64,000 nt of DNA from the human T2T-CHM13v2.0 reference genome, Homo sapiens (GCF_009914755.1 NC_060933.1), one strand, 5' to 3'; shown: positions 28,066 to 43,985, counted from the stretch's first letter. Numbers and translations are program-made. The notes: a model not told the origin generated them from the sequence alone.

Positions 28066-30361
28066 TAAATGTGACTATGATTTAGGACAATGGTAATATG
28101 ATTATATGGGAATATAGACTACTGGATAAAGGTGAGCTCAGAGTTCAAAGACTTGAAGCAAATATTCTTATCACTGACTTTGGAAAAGAATAAAGGAAGA
28201 GTTTGCAAATGTGCTTTTTGGAAAATCTTGTTGGATTCCTAGGGAATTAAAACTTTTACACTTCCTATTAACCTCTTTACTTCCTAAACAAGCCTCCTAT
28301 TTAGTATTACTCAATAGTTAGTACTAAATAAAGCTAAATATTGAAAACTAAGAAATACTAAATTCTAACTTTTAAATAATACTAAAATTAGTATTATTCC
28401 ATTGTAGTATTCAAATGAGCATTACTCCTTGAGCTCCCTTAGGTAGAGATTATTACTATGGAAAGGAGTTATTTCTGTCCATTGAAAAACCATTTTGGAC
28501 TATATGATTCAAGTCTTCGACAACAATGTAATTCCACATATTCTTTTTTTAAGTAGTGACTAGACTAGAAATGTCTGGAAGCATATGCGTGGGAAAGTAG
28601 CCAGGTTGAAATTGAGGAATTGATAATTCAAGTAATTTTTGGAGGCTAGACAATGAGAATAAAATTTTATACAGATTGCAGAATGAAGGAGGGAAAAGCA
28701 GACTGCCTGTTTATAGTGTTAATATGTATATCTCACAAACATTTTGATTTCTACTTTTAACCTCCTTAAATTGTGAGTTTCCCAAAGAAGAGATCAGGTC
28801 TGCTACATCTTTTCAGCCCGTAATCTAGTCCTCATCCACTACAGGCTAAATGAATCTCATTGACTGAAAATCCTGAGTGAGGGGGATGATTCATAGAGCC
28901 TTGAAGTAAGAACCACAGGACCAGTTTATGTGAGGAGTACCAGAACATGCAAACCTTAAGAAAAGTTTCCCATCTCCGAATGAACAAAGCAAGCTATTGA
29001 GTTAGCATGAGGCACAATGATAGCAACAAATATGTGGCATTTGTAATCTTCAATCACCCCTGTCAGTTGGACTTTCCATTTCAATTCAGCATTTTTTAAA
29101 CTGAATTATAAACTTGCATAGGTTTTACAAAGATGAATGTGACATGATTCTTGACTTCAGGGTACTCGTGATATTAGAAGGAAGACACGTAAGCAACCAG
29201 TATACAAGATGCTGTGCACAAAGTTAGCAAAATTTAAAAAAAGGAAAAAAGATCCTGGGGAACTGAGCAAGTGGTTCTTATTTCTTCTTAGGCGGGTCTG
29301 GGTTTTACAGAAGAGATGGCCTCTGAGTTGGATTTTACCTCTCTTTTCTATCACTTCTAGATTTTATTTCTCTTTTCTACCACTTCTAACTTCTTCCACC
29401 TCTTCCTCCTCCCCTCCCTTTATCCCTCCCTTTATTTATCTCTCTCACTTTCAAATTTCAAATAATGCATTACTATGTCCCTTTACCACTGTTTTAATTT
29501 CTCATTCTCTTCCTCTGATTAGCAAAATGACAAACTTCCAGTCTGCTTAATAAGAACAAGGACGAAGATCACTGACTTTTTCTGTTTTTTAAGGCATAGC
29601 AGAGAAAGGAAGGACTAAAAATATGAACAAAAGGTCTTTTGATTTTTATATATAGATTTCTGAAGTTTAAATACTTCTGAATTTCCCAATGCACTGAAAT
29701 GGAAAATTTTGGGCAAAAATGTCCATTTGAGATTTGAAAGTTAGTGACTCAGTTGAGGAAGACAAACAGAAAAGTTGCTGTAAGAGAGTTACTAATGAGT
29801 GGACAAGAGGGTCTGAGAGGCAAATTCAGGGGAAAGTAGAGGGAAAGGGTTTGGATGATGAGTGTGCTTCCCAAGATTGTATCACTGCCCTTGACAGCTC
29901 TCTCACATCCAGTTTGGTGAAATATGATTTGTCGGTCAGCAGGGGATACAGAAACCAGAGTGTTCTATGATAGTTATTTCAAGGCCTGCCTGAAAACAAT
30001 ACTAAGGCAATGAGAGAAATTTTAAAGGTCAAGAAAATATAAGAAAGCCATTACACTGATTTTATTCACTTACAGGCTTGCTGCATGCTGGTATCAGTCA
30101 TTAATTTGGTATGCATCATTGCTGGGGTTAGTAGTGATTTTAATAGCTGTATTTCTCCAATGTCTGCATCATGCAGTGAACTGTGATTGGTAAGTAAGGT
30201 CCCTCACTTCACAACCCACTTCATGGTGGGTATTTATATCTGAGACTAAGCTCGAGTGTTCTTATATGTGAAATGGAGAAAATAATAGTATCTACCTCAA
30301 AAAGCATCAAGTGAGATAATGCATGAAATAGCAGATAGCTCAGAGTATGTAGCACACAGTA

Positions 30362-30722
30362 CAGGCTGAGTATTCCTTATCCAAAATGCTTGAGACCAGA
30401 AGTGTTTCATATTTCAAATTTTTTCAGATTTTGGCATATTTCCGTATACATAATGAGATATCTTGAAGATGACATTGAAGTCTAAACACAACATTCATTT
30501 AGTTTCATATACACCTGTACATATAGCCTGAAAGTGATTTTATCCAATATTTTAAGTAGCCTTGTTCATGAAACAAAGATTTGATGGTGTTTTGACTGTG
30601 ACCTGTCACGTGAGGTGAGGTGTGGAATTTTTCACTTGTGGCATCATATCGGTGCTCGAAACATTTCATATCTTGGAGCATTTAAGAGTTTAGATTTTTT
30701 TTTATTAGGAATGCTCAATTTC
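30362..30722 (+). mobile_element. Tigger4b/MER46-type TcMar DNA transposon, inserted at the end of a MIR (about 30230-30360)
   Basis: TA|caggctgagtattccttatccaaaatgcttg…attaggaatgctcaatttc|TA; 361 bp; degenerate TIRs. Confidence 0.85.
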
Positions 30723-31850
30723 TAAATATTCCTTATTACAAGAACCATAACTTGACCAAAGGCAAACAGCTATTAGGAAACCGAATTGGGATGCAGGGCT
30801 GGTGGTATTACACACGGTAATGTATGTGGATAGTGGCAAGCTAGTAAAAGGACTTTTATTATAACAAAGAAGTAAATACATAAGTAAATAAAAGTATTCT
30901 GACCTTAATGAGGAGTTCTTGAAAGATTCAAGGAAAGGAAGCAATAGGATTATATAGTCATTATCAAATTGTTCATTGAATAACATTATTATTTAAAAGA
31001 AAATAATACTGCTTTAAGGAATTTTATATGATATACAAGTTTTCATGACTTTTGAAGTTTGAAAGATTTGTCTTTTGTTTTGGCAATGATTATATTCTAA
31101 ATTCAGCAGGAAAGATAGGTTGATTCATATTAAGGGACACTTTGCTTTTACATTTTTGTAAGAAAAAGGAATTCAGCCCATCCTACAATAAGCTAATAAT
31201 TGAGCACATTCTCTATACTAGGGTCAAAATAATTTCACAAGTACATCAATAAGAGAGAGGGAAGGACCTTTAATTATTAAACTGAAGATAACAACAAGAA
31301 AAAAATGTACAAAGCTTAATTTAAAATATAGGAGATTTGGTTTCACAGTAAAAATCCAAAAGAATAAAGCCAAGTAGTCACTGGTAATAAGACATTATAG
31401 ATTCAAATGAGATGCTGTCTTGGTCAGGACGTGGTGTCCTCCACGGCAGAAGGGAAGAGGCTGCCTGAGCACAGATTGTCTTGAGTATCGTGCATAGATG
31501 GTAGAGATCAGACGCCACAGACAGCCGTGGGCTGTCCCTTTAAGAACTCCCATAGAATGGGCAGAGATGTCCTAGAATTGGACAATAAGGAAAGAGTACA
31601 AGGAAGGAAAAATAAAATCTAGCCAAGCTCAAGGACCTGTATGTGTTACCTCAGGTTAACCAGACGTTTCTCAGAAGACAGAATCTAAATTTCTACTTAC
31701 ATTGCTTTTGTTTTTATTATCATTTTTGTGAATAATACCAAAATTAATGTAGACTAAGTACTTATATGGGCAGGCACTGTGCTTAGTGCTATGATATTTC
31801 TATTTATTTATGAATATTATACTCATATATTTATAGTGATTTATACTACT

Positions 31851-32356
31851 TGTTTCAGTATGCATCAAGAAATGGAAGGCACAGATATCTTGACAGAGAT
31901 AATTTAATATAAGAAATTAAACAGGTATTGGGTGACTAAAAAGGCAAAAGGGGACATTGAGGTAACATAGAAATGGTAACAGGTAACACAGACCAGTTTT
32001 TACCCCTACTGTTGGGAGAACAAAAGAGGAAGTGGGGTTATTAGAATCTAGGGGCTTGGAGGAAGGGCGCTGCATGGCCCCAAGAGGTGTGATGAGATTG
32101 GTTTTGAGTGTGCTCGAACAGACTGGAAATGGAACCAAATACCGTTACCAGAGTGAAGAGGCATTGCTGGAGCCATGCATTCAGGAGAGAGCAAATCCCT
32201 TCTCCTGACTTTTTGTCTAAGTGCCTCCTATAGGAAAAATCTGCAAGGAATCCGATCTCAAAGGAAAAAAGTAGCTCCCCAAGTCCCGTCTCCAGCATCA
32301 CAAAGCAGCATATACAAGGATGGGTCTGAAGCTGAAACAGCTTACTAACTGGCACA
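31851..32356 (-). mobile_element. ERVL solo LTR, LTR41/LTR33-like
   Basis: Reverse complement starts tgtgccagtt…tgctttgtgatgctgg…; TG…CA ends; subfamily from recall. Confidence 0.65.
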
Positions 32357-32394
32357 TTATTCTATTTATATTATGACCTATTCCTCTTCCTAGT

Positions 32395-32550
32395 CCAGTA
32401 AGGTAGATATGACTATTCCTAATTTACAGATGGAGAGACTGAGTTTTAGTAGGATTTGGTATTTTCCTCCAAGTTCCGTGGATGGCAAGTGGAGAGGCTG
32501 GGATGCTCATCTGGTCTGCCTGACATCTCTGTCTGACTCTGAAGCCTAGG
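32395..32550 (-). mobile_element. MIR
   Basis: atttacagatggagagactgag…gtggagaggctgggat…tctgactctgaagcct. Confidence 0.65.
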
Positions 32551-34864
32551 ACAAGCTGCCTCTACATAGGCTACTAGGAGCCACTGAGATGGCTACAGGT
32601 TTATACTGGAAATTCACAAAAATAAGAGAATTTTAGAAATAGAGGTGCTCTTCGATATCTTCCATCCTATATCTTACCTTATAAAGTTACAGAAATTTTG
32701 AGTTACTGAAGCATGTTCAGGGTCTTATAGTTGTTAAGAGGCTCCTAATCTAGTGTTCTCTTCATGTCCTGTATTCCGCCCGTAATTTTCCTGTTGTAAT
32801 TTCCAGCAACATTCTCACTGACTGCTCCTGGAACATTTACTGACTCTGTTTCATGATATATCTATTTCACAAGGGGAAATGGAGTTGAAGCATTTGGGCC
32901 CCATTTTAATCTTTCATAATAATCTTGTAATTCCCAAATCAGCTTCTCAAATAGAATGAGAGCTTTCATGTTTTTTTTTCCTAAATTCTTTTTGTATCAT
33001 TTAAATATTATGCTTTATTAAAATATTCATAATGGAAAATCATACTTTGAAAATTGTTATTATTAATTTTGCTTTGGTTGGTTAGCAAAGTTCTATCTTT
33101 AGTTTTTAAAATTAATTTATTTTTGAAATAGACAATAAAAATCGTATATTTGCATGAGTTCTTTGCTTGATCCTCTGAACAATGACTTCATAGAGGTGCT
33201 CACTCTGTATTGTCAGATGATCTAAGTATACAACCCAGTATACAACCCAGTATTCCATCTATCATGGCACCATGGAGGAAATCATTGACAAAATGTTTTT
33301 AAACTCCTTAAAAATTCATAATCCTGACTTTTGCAAAGCCCAGGGGTGCCAAAGCAGGCATCCCTGGGCTTTTGAAAAATGCCATTATTTAAGCTAGAGC
33401 CGTTATCTAGGCTATCATTATCTAGGTAGAGTTTGGGGTGTGTGTGACCTCAATATGAAAACATTTGGATCCACTCTCTTGGATCCAAAGAGATGGCATC
33501 TGGAGGCTGTCTCTCAAAGGAGATCTGAGCAGCACACCCAGCAACAGGATCAGCTGACCTTGGACAGACTATATAGAGGTAAGTTATTCCACATAGAGGC
33601 AGGTGAACAGAAGCAGAATAGATTTAAGATCTGCACTTACAGAATAATGTAAGATAAACACAAGCATGATCTCTTATGGTACAGGAGCCTATTGGATGGG
33701 AAGGATCAGAAAATCTTTGGGGTAAGGTAGGGGAGGTTGTGAGGAACTACCAATCTGTAGAGCTTCATCTGGGAACCTTGGAACCTCCTCTCCATACCCA
33801 TGAAAGCGCAGTGCTCTGTGACTTAGATGTATATATCACAACTCATCCAAATTCTCTTCAGTTAATAGTAGACAAACACCATACACAACATGCATGATCA
33901 GCTAGTCTCAGGGCTTTTCAAAGTCAGAATTTACCATTTATGAAACACTGTATTTTTAAAATATTCTTATTGAGTGCATAATGATACATCTTACTGATGG
34001 TGCTGGAAATCTGTTTTATTAAAATAGTAAGAAACAGAGAGATTATTATGTATGCAATGAATCAAATAAGCAGAAATTGTATCATGTAAATTAATAGAAG
34101 CAGAAGAATGAGTTTAAGTCAGTAGGAAGAGGATGTCTTTGTTGGCAAGATACCTGGAGAGACAAGGGTGATATAGAAATGATAAAGAAGAAAAGGCTAC
34201 ACAGTTTTAATATTCTTGTGAGGAGAAAGAAGGAGGAACTAAAGTGGAATTTGGAAGGAGCTTCAGCTGATATCAGACAGTGAGATCATATGGGTAAAGG
34301 TTTAAGTTGTGAGTAAAGGGAAATGCATTCTGCTTTTCACCTTGAGAGCATCTTGTACATTGCTGATGGATAAATGGTATGTCTACTTTGCCTCCCCTTT
34401 TCTGCTGATTATCATAGATGTGGGAGATAGAAGATATCCTACAATGGGCAGGAGAGGAGACTTAACACCTATTATGTGTTAAGTAGGTACATACATTAAA
34501 TTTTATCCTCATAACAACTGTTTAAGATGGAATATATCATCCCAGATTATTCCTTCTGCCCTGCCTGCCTCACATCCCATCTTGGAGGTTTGTCCTTAAA
34601 GGAGACAGGTTAGACACATATAGAATGTTAATAAAAAGGAGATAAGTTCTTTAATCAACATCAACAACTCTTTTCAGTAATAATGTTCCAAAGTAAAGGT
34701 GTCTTCTCTCAAACATATCTCAGTTCTCTTAAGTTCCTTCATCTCTTATTGCACTGGACACAGGTAGAGGAGATATTTTGTGATTCACACGTGGAATAAC
34801 ACATCTTTTGTTTTAGAACTATTTCAGTGGTTCGAATGCATCTTTATTTGAAAAGGTGAATCAT

Positions 34865-35308
34865 TTTAGGTTTCCTGAGGTGTAGACATCAAAATTATGT
34901 TACATGCAGGAGATATTGGGGGAGGGAGGCGTGTGAAGGATAAAGGAGAGAGTGAACAAGAGTAGACAGGAAGAGCTTTTAGATGGTAATGCAGGCCCTA
35001 TACCTGTGAAAGGAGAGAGAAAAGGAAGGATTTAGGAAGAGTCTCAGATTGTACTACAGTTTTGAAAGAGTCTTGGCCAGGCTAACGGTGAGTCTCTAAA
35101 CAAAGTATGTCCATTAGATAAATTCCATATTGGTTAGCAATAACCCAGCTCCAGTATTTCCCATCATGCTCAGTCATTATCTAGGTAGTGGTTGGGGTTT
35201 GTGTGACCTCAATGTGAAAACAGTTTGGTCCACTCTGGTGGGTCCAAGGAGGTGGCATCTGGAGGCTCTCTCTCAAAGGAGAGCTGAGCAGCACGCCCAG
35301 CTGCTACC
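34865..35308 (-). mobile_element. ERVL solo LTR, LTR16-like
   Basis: cctgtgaaaggagagag…ccatcatgctcagtcatt…ggagagctgagcagcac pattern of LTR16 family elements. Confidence 0.65.
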
Positions 35309-36194
35309 TTGAAAATGTGACTGGGCTCCTCCACTTTAGATCATAGCTGTTCATATTGCTGTTGTTGCTGTTATTTAGTTTCAACAGGTTTCAAATGCAG
35401 CCAGAATGACCTGTTTCCCACATCCATCGTCTGGGCCTACCTCCGTGCTGGGTCAGCAGAGGCTGAACTTCTAGATCATGAATAATTCTTCGGTGGCATG
35501 ACCCCAAGCGAGACTGCTAAGCCTCTTGTGGACAAATTTAGAGTTATAAATTTTCAAATCCACCTAGAGATACGTCTCTTTCCCTAGTAGCAGAGATCAT
35601 AACTTTGGAGGGGGTGAGGACCCTCTCATCTGTGGATGTAGTGAGATTCCTCCAATGGCTTTGCTGAGCAGGGTGGGCTGCTGCTCAGGCATGTAACGCT
35701 GGGACTGGCAGTATCAAAGGGCTCTGTCCCTTATTTACTTCACTTCCTCAATGTCCAGTGTGGGTCTCTTTGGTTCAACAGGCTTATTAAGTTTGATTAA
35801 AAGAAGATGCATTTCATGTTCTATTCTAGGTCCTAGATCACTTCTTTTGCTTTGTAAGCTTCTTAATTTGCTACTCCTGAGTGACTTTATGACACAGCTC
35901 TAGCTTGTGACGAGAGAGATTCCTGGGTCTGCTTTTAGCTTCCTTGGTATTTTAAACTTGGGGAACTGATTTCTTAAGGTCTGAAGTCCTAGCGATGCCT
36001 TTTTTTTTTTTTTTTTTTTTTGCTTTAGTAACACATTTTAGTTTTCATCACCTCCCTCAGGCTACACTTGGCCAAACCAAAAGTGAGCTTTTCTTTTGCA
36101 AATATTAGGGATGCATATGATCCTAATGCTATACTTACAATATGAAAACAGCATTCCTTCTTTGGAAGTGACCATAGAAATGAGTCTTCTTTTC

Positions 36195-36870
36195 ATTAAC
36201 ATAGTAAACATTTGTTGGGCATTTGCCAGGTGCCAGGCATTAAGCAAAGATGAGAAAACCCAAGGTCTCTGTCCTCAGGAACATAAAGTCCGAGGGAGTA
36301 GTCAAATAATCACAAAAATAAATCCAACTGTAATTGTGCCAAGTGCTATGAAGGAAAGCTATATAGTGTTAAGAGAACTTATAGAAGACAACCTGATGTG
36401 GTTTAGGAGCTAAAGGAAGGAGACAGATAAAAGAAAATATTTTTCTCTGAGAAAGTAATGTTCAAATTGGGCTCTAAGGAGTCAGGACAACCTCTGAATT
36501 TGAAAGAAGGGAGAGATATTCTCAGCAGTAAGAACATCAATTACAGAGAACGTGTGATGATAAGAGGTGGCCTTATTCAGGGGACTGAGTAAAACGAGAG
36601 AGCTCAGAATGTGAAGGGACATCAGAACACAAGGCATTGGAGAGACAGAAGGGAACCAAAGCACGTGGGATCCTCTAAAATCTAGACTGCACTAATTATT
36701 TTTTTTTTTTCTCAGAGCAATTAAAAGTAACTTAAGTGGGGGGTAGGTGGGTAGTAACATATCAGACTTGGATTTTGAGGTAATCAACAGACTGTAGACG
36801 GGCAAGATGGCTGTGAGGAGATCAAGGAAGAATCTTTCGATATGACTAGGTTAGAGACTAAGGTTGGAAG
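36195..36870 (-). mobile_element. L2 fragment
   Basis: aaacatttgttgggca…gtgccaggcatt…gtcctcaggaa…aagtgctatgaagg, an antisense L2 3' region. Confidence 0.65.
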
Positions 36871-38844
36871 AGCTAAATTTACCTGGCAGGAATTTTCTAT
36901 ATCTAAATATTGGCTGCCAAACTAATAGATTAAAGGATGAGCCATTGAGTTAGGTTAGAACTTCACAATGCATTAAATTATAGTCAATAATTTAAACACA
37001 TAGCACCAAATCATAAATCTAATACATCTGTGGTGACAAGTAGATTATGTAAATCTACATTCATTTTTTTCCAAGTAGCTGCAATATATTCTTTACATTT
37101 TAAATTATTTTATTTGTTCAAAAACTCCTTTTTAAATACATAATACCAAGGCATCTCCCAGTATAGGCTGTGTCCAGATGACCACACACGTCTCGTTTCA
37201 TGTATGAATTCACAAAGCTTCACTCTGAATATTTTAAAGAACCAGCAGCAAATTTATAACTCCAGAAGTCAACCAGCCAACAAAACCCTCTAATATGCTT
37301 TTAATCTCCTCCTTGCGAAATGAAAGAAGACAACTTTTTTTTCTTTGTGGAAAGAAATTATACATAAAAGCTCATTTTATAGCACTGAGACTGTCTCATT
37401 TTGTTAAGAGTTTTATGCAATTAGACAGTAGGAAAAATTAAAGAGTTTTTCCAGTTTCAGTGTCTCTCAGACACTTCTTTGGTGTTTTGATTCATTAAAT
37501 CCCAACATAAGATTATTATTGCCACGTTACTGTCTTGGATGATTTACTCTATTTTATTAAAATGGGTAGCAGAGAGCAGAAGAATAAAAAAAGTTGGTGT
37601 ACATGACAATTTAAAGGAGCTTATTCTAACTGAGGATTGCTAATGATTACCAGAAGCAATTTTTTTTTGTTCATTCAATCACTCCACAAATATAAATTGA
37701 AGTCAGATGTTGGGAATACAAAGACAACTAACATATATTCCCTGCCCACAGGGACATTATGATCTAATTGGATATGCAAACAAACAATTGCCATGCAAAA
37801 TGACAATCTGAGGCTGATGTACATATGTCTTAGGCACTTGGGAACATAATGGAATAAGGGTTCAGTGTCCGGGTTAACTGGCATTCAGATACTGGACTCT
37901 TGAGAGAGCCCAGTAAAGAGAACCTCTATTTCCCATGTGAGTTCTGAATAATTTGTTTAAAAAGAAGAGGCAGATGGGCAAAAAATTTTTCCACATTCAT
38001 TATTAATGGAAATCGAATTGGAGGAACAATCCGGAATTCTTAGCCAAATGGTCTTGCTGATTTAGAACCCCAAATTAGCCATTTTACCTCTAGGGCAACT
38101 TATTTCCTAGAAGAAGAAAGATATGTTTGGGCTGGGCCAGCCCAGTTAATTCTTTCCCAGTTTACCAACAGAAATCACTATGCCTTTCCTGGTGTGCAGT
38201 GAGTATAGGGACAGAGAAAAGCTGAGGCATATTGCATCAAGTGAAGCTCCGTGCCTCTGAAGGAAATGCTGAGAGAAAGGAAGGGGCATTCATTACCCCT
38301 ATCACAACTGGCTGTGGTTGAGAGGTCAACAAAGGCTTTACAAGTATCTTGAACCAGCTTTAAAGAAAGAGTAGGAATAGAGCAGGCTCTAGAATGGGGC
38401 AGGCAATTGGGAAGCGAATTCCAAGCAGAGAGATCGGCATGCACAAAGGCATGGAGGCATGAGATAGTGCTATGCTCTCAACACCCAAGAGTGATTCAGC
38501 AAAGTTCATATTTAGGGAGAAAGGAGGGCAGCAAGAGGTGAGCCTGTCATACTAAAAAAAAAAAAAAAAATTCAAAAAAGAGCCTGATCAGGGAGAGAAT
38601 TTCATTATGCTCAAGTCAGACTTTATCCTATAGGCAGCGGAGCGCACCTGAGATAGGAGGAAGGAGCAGGTTTGGGGAATTTTCTTGAATGTGCTATGTT
38701 CATGCTTCCTATGAGACATGCAAGTGGAGTGAGATGTGTAATGGCATTGGGCATAGGGTCTAGAATTCCCACTGTTAGTGTCAGTCGTGGGCCATGGCAC
38801 AAAAGGCAAATGGAAGTACTTTCTATAGAAGCCAGAAGAGTTAA

Positions 38845-39410
<566 letters not shown>

Positions 39411-40954
39411 TCATGAAAATTCCCATTTGTTGGAGGGACAAGGAAACAGAAGGAAGGAACTTGTAGCCAGAGCAAGAAAGTGGAAGTGGGGCAGCAGCCA
39501 TGTCCCCTGTGTAGGCAGGAGGCAGGGGGACAAGAGTACCAATGCAAGGATGGAGGGATGGATACCCAAAGGAACTGCCTCATTCACAGCTGCTTGAGGG
39601 GCAGAGATCACTGTCTACAGTCCTTAACACAACTTGATTCCCTCTGCTGAAAATTAGATCTGCCTAGGCTCAGCTCAGCTTCCTCTTTGTACTCCACACT
39701 GTCTCTGTTAAGAACCATAGAGCACCTGTTTCATGTCTATGAATCTGGGTTGGAGCAAAAGGAAAATAAAATAAAAAAAACTCAGAGATGAGCAAAGTAT
39801 TAGGCAGAAGCCTAATGGGTCTGGCTGGAGAGGAGGAGTGTGGCCATGCGCTGCTGTCAGCATGCAGCTCACAAGGCCCGGGCTGGCTGCTGTTCTTGTG
39901 ACGTTAGTTGAGGTTTATTCTGGGCATAATTAGCCTTTTCACTCCTTGTTTCTTTCCTGTGTTGCGTCCTACTCCATGAAATGTTGAGTGCCAGTCCTTG
40001 TCTTTCATCCACACTTGAAACCTTCGTTCATGCTAAGGTGTAAATAACCAGCAACAACTCAGAGAAAAGTAGAAATACACCCAGACTTGAATCTTGCAGT
40101 GTCACCTCCCCTCACATACCCTCAGCAGATATGCTTAAAAAATTATATCTTCCTTTCCTACCAGTTTTACTTTATACATTCTTTCAAAATAATGGTCTGG
40201 CAGCTATTACAAATTAAAAAGAGTTACTAAGAATGAAGAAATTCAATGATCATCCTGGGGATAGAGTGTTATCTTTCATGGTGAACATTTCTTGGTAATC
40301 ATGAGAAACACCAAAGGGATGCAGTTTTAATATAATTTCAGGCAACAAATAATTATGAAGGAGATGTTTTGCATGCAGAGCCTTTTGGGGACCTCTGAAA
40401 TCCTGTCTCCTAATCCATCTATGTATATTGGGCAAATAGTAAGTTCTCAATAAGTGTTAGTTAGAAAAGTAAATGCATGAATTGAGTCCTGGTAACCATA
40501 ATAAAAACAGTCTTTCTTGTGGAAATGTGTTGGTGATTATGGACTGGACCAGCTGCAGCAATCAAACAGAAATTAGAGTCTTAATAGACAACACACGAGC
40601 ATGGCACCCCAGAGTTGGACAGAAATTTTCTGTGCTCACTGGGAACTTGGCTCTGACTCTGGTTTCTCTGTCACAGATTTTGGGGTGGGAGAGTGCTCCC
40701 ATGGGGAAAGCAGCACGTGCTGATATCGAAATTGAATAGAACCTTGGCTGGGCTAGGAGTCATTGCTATTTTAGTCACTTCCAGATGTCTGCTGCTGTAG
40801 TTTTAAGGGACAGGGAAAGATGAGTGGAGTGTGGCATGCCACTGGGTAAAAGATGAGGAGCGTTCTCCTTCTAAGCCCTTCAAGTTGTATTTAAAGCCAT
40901 CCCTCAATATGCTACAAAGATGGATTGGATAAAGCCTTTAAAAACTGTGTTCTT

Positions 40955-41415
40955 CTATTCACAATAGCAAAGACTTGGAACCAACCCAAATGCCCATCAA
41001 TGATAGACTGGATAAAGAAAATGTGGCACATATACACCATGGCATACTATGTAGCCATAAAAAAGGATGGGTTCATGTCCTTTGCAGGGACATGGATGAA
41101 GCTGGAAACCATCATTCTCAGCAAACTAACACAGGAACAGAAAACCAAACACCACATGTTCTCACTCATAAGTGGGAGTTGAACAATGAGAACGCATGGA
41201 CACAAGGAAGGGAACATCACACACTGGGGCCTGTTGGGGGGTTGGGGGCTAGGGGAGGGATAGCATTAGAAGGAATACCTAATGTAGTGACAGGTTGATG
41301 GGTGCAGCAAACCACCATGGCATATGTATACCTATGTAACAAACCTGCACATTCTGCACATGTACCCCAGAACTTAAAGTATAATAAAAAGTTAATTAAT
41401 TAAAAATAAATAAAC
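40955..41415 (+). mobile_element. 5'-truncated L1PA (about L1PA5-7) 3' end
   Basis: ORF2 C-terminus LFTIAKTWNQPKCPSMIDWIKKMWHIYT…MFSLISGS, L1 3'UTR, A-rich tail, TSD aaaaactgtg. Confidence 0.93.
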
Positions 41416-41989
41416 AAAAACTGTGCTTTTTAACATTCATTTATAGATTTGACTTCATATATATCAAATAGGCAAACTGCAGAAACCTTTGTGAACTAAT
41501 CATGACTCTGCCTGCCCCAACTAGAAAAACAAAACAACACAAAACAAAACAAAACCAGAACCATTCTTGGGCTTTGGTTATGATCTAGTATTTATGAAGT
41601 GCCAGCCATTAAACATATGTTGAATGGTACCTATGCCAGATGAGCTGGCTGCCCCCAGTAGCTATTGTGCTAACCTAACAAGCTCACCAGATGCTTGTTC
41701 TATATCTGCTTTCTCCTTTTATGATATTTTCGGTGTGTCTTTTAATCCCAAAATTGTCATTATGAATTAGATAAAAGATATCAGGTGGGGGGTGACCCCC
41801 TCTGAAATATTCTCAAAAGGGATGCCTGGGGTTCTTTCCAAGAGGCCCTGTCACCACCAGGGACCAGTCTAGGGTATAGATCAAAGTCTGTGATGGGTTC
41901 ATAGAGTTTCTTGTTTCTTTCCTTTCTTTCACTGAGAAGGTATGGCACTAGCATGATATAACTCTTGCTGGATAAAGAAAGCACAGGAG

Positions 41990-42150
41990 AAGCAGTATAG
42001 TGCAGTGGTTAAGCATATAGGATTTGGATTAGACTCAGGTCAAGTTCAGACACTGTCACTCATTAGTCATGTGAACTTGGACAAATTACTTAACCTCTCT
42101 AAGGCTCAGTTTCTTCATCTGTAAAATAGGTATAGTGATAGCAGCTATTG
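41990..42150 (+). mobile_element. MIR
   Basis: gcagtatagtgcagtggttaag…ttacttaacctctctaaggctcagtttcttcatctgtaaaatagg. Confidence 0.8.
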
Positions 42151-43128
42151 AATTTTTGTGTGTGCAGGAGAGGGGAAAATTATGGTAAATAATAATTCCT
42201 CCCTTGTCCAACAAGATTGTGAGCTCACCGGAAATATAACAAAGGGTAAGACCAGTGAAGGTCAACATGCCGCCTTTATTATTGTTAAAGCTGACATAAA
42301 AGAATGTAGTGTCTTTATGGACAAGTGAACTTCACAGCCAGACCTCTCTGCCAGGACAGGCCTCTCCTTGCAGGAGCAGAGCACAGCATGTTCCCTCTCA
42401 AGAGAAGGAAGAGATGTCCGCATGTCTCCATCCATGCTCTACTGTCAAATCAGTCACTTTTCCCCGAGGCTAGAGTGAGGCAGTGGAGGGTGGCTGGGAG
42501 TGTTATGTTAATGGGTCTTCACTTGGAAGGGAACGTCAAGAGTTGGAGATACGATTACCCTAGTAGCAGCAACTTCATAGTGTTCTCCTGAGGATTCTGT
42601 GAGATAAAATAAGGTGTTTGGCAAGTGCTAAATGTTCACGAAATGTATACGGTGATGTTACTTGTCACAGCAACCATTATCACTGAGTGTCACATCTGTG
42701 GCAAGGAAATAGGGCAATGAAAAACAGAGACATTTGGAAGTTGTGGTGTTGTCCCATGAGGGTTAAATAAAGAGTTCAGGATATAATCTTTAAACCAAAC
42801 AAGAGATTAAGTGTCTATACTTAGCATGTTCTGTTATTGTCACCCTGGGACAGAGGAACAAGCATGAAGGTTTAAGACATGATAGAAGGAGATTGGATTT
42901 AACACAAGTGGGAAGAAGCAGAGATCTTAACTAGATAAATGTGAAACAAGAAGATGTCATGCACCTGGGAGCTGGGAGATCCTCCCAAGCATATTCTCCT
43001 GGGATGAAGATTTCTGGGTCTTGGGGAGTTGGTCAATCCATGTCTTATCTTAGACATGAGATTAGCTCACCCACTCCCTCTGCTTGAGGTTTCTACTAGC
43101 TGTTTATCCCCAAATGTTCTGTTGGATG

Positions 43129-43985
<857 letters not shown>

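Noticed and set aside
33440-35312. Two similar ORFs (33440..33652, 35130..35312) as a paralogous peptide family
   Set aside because: The similarity is fully explained by the 128-bp DNA duplication of LTR sequence; neither ORF has an ATG start.
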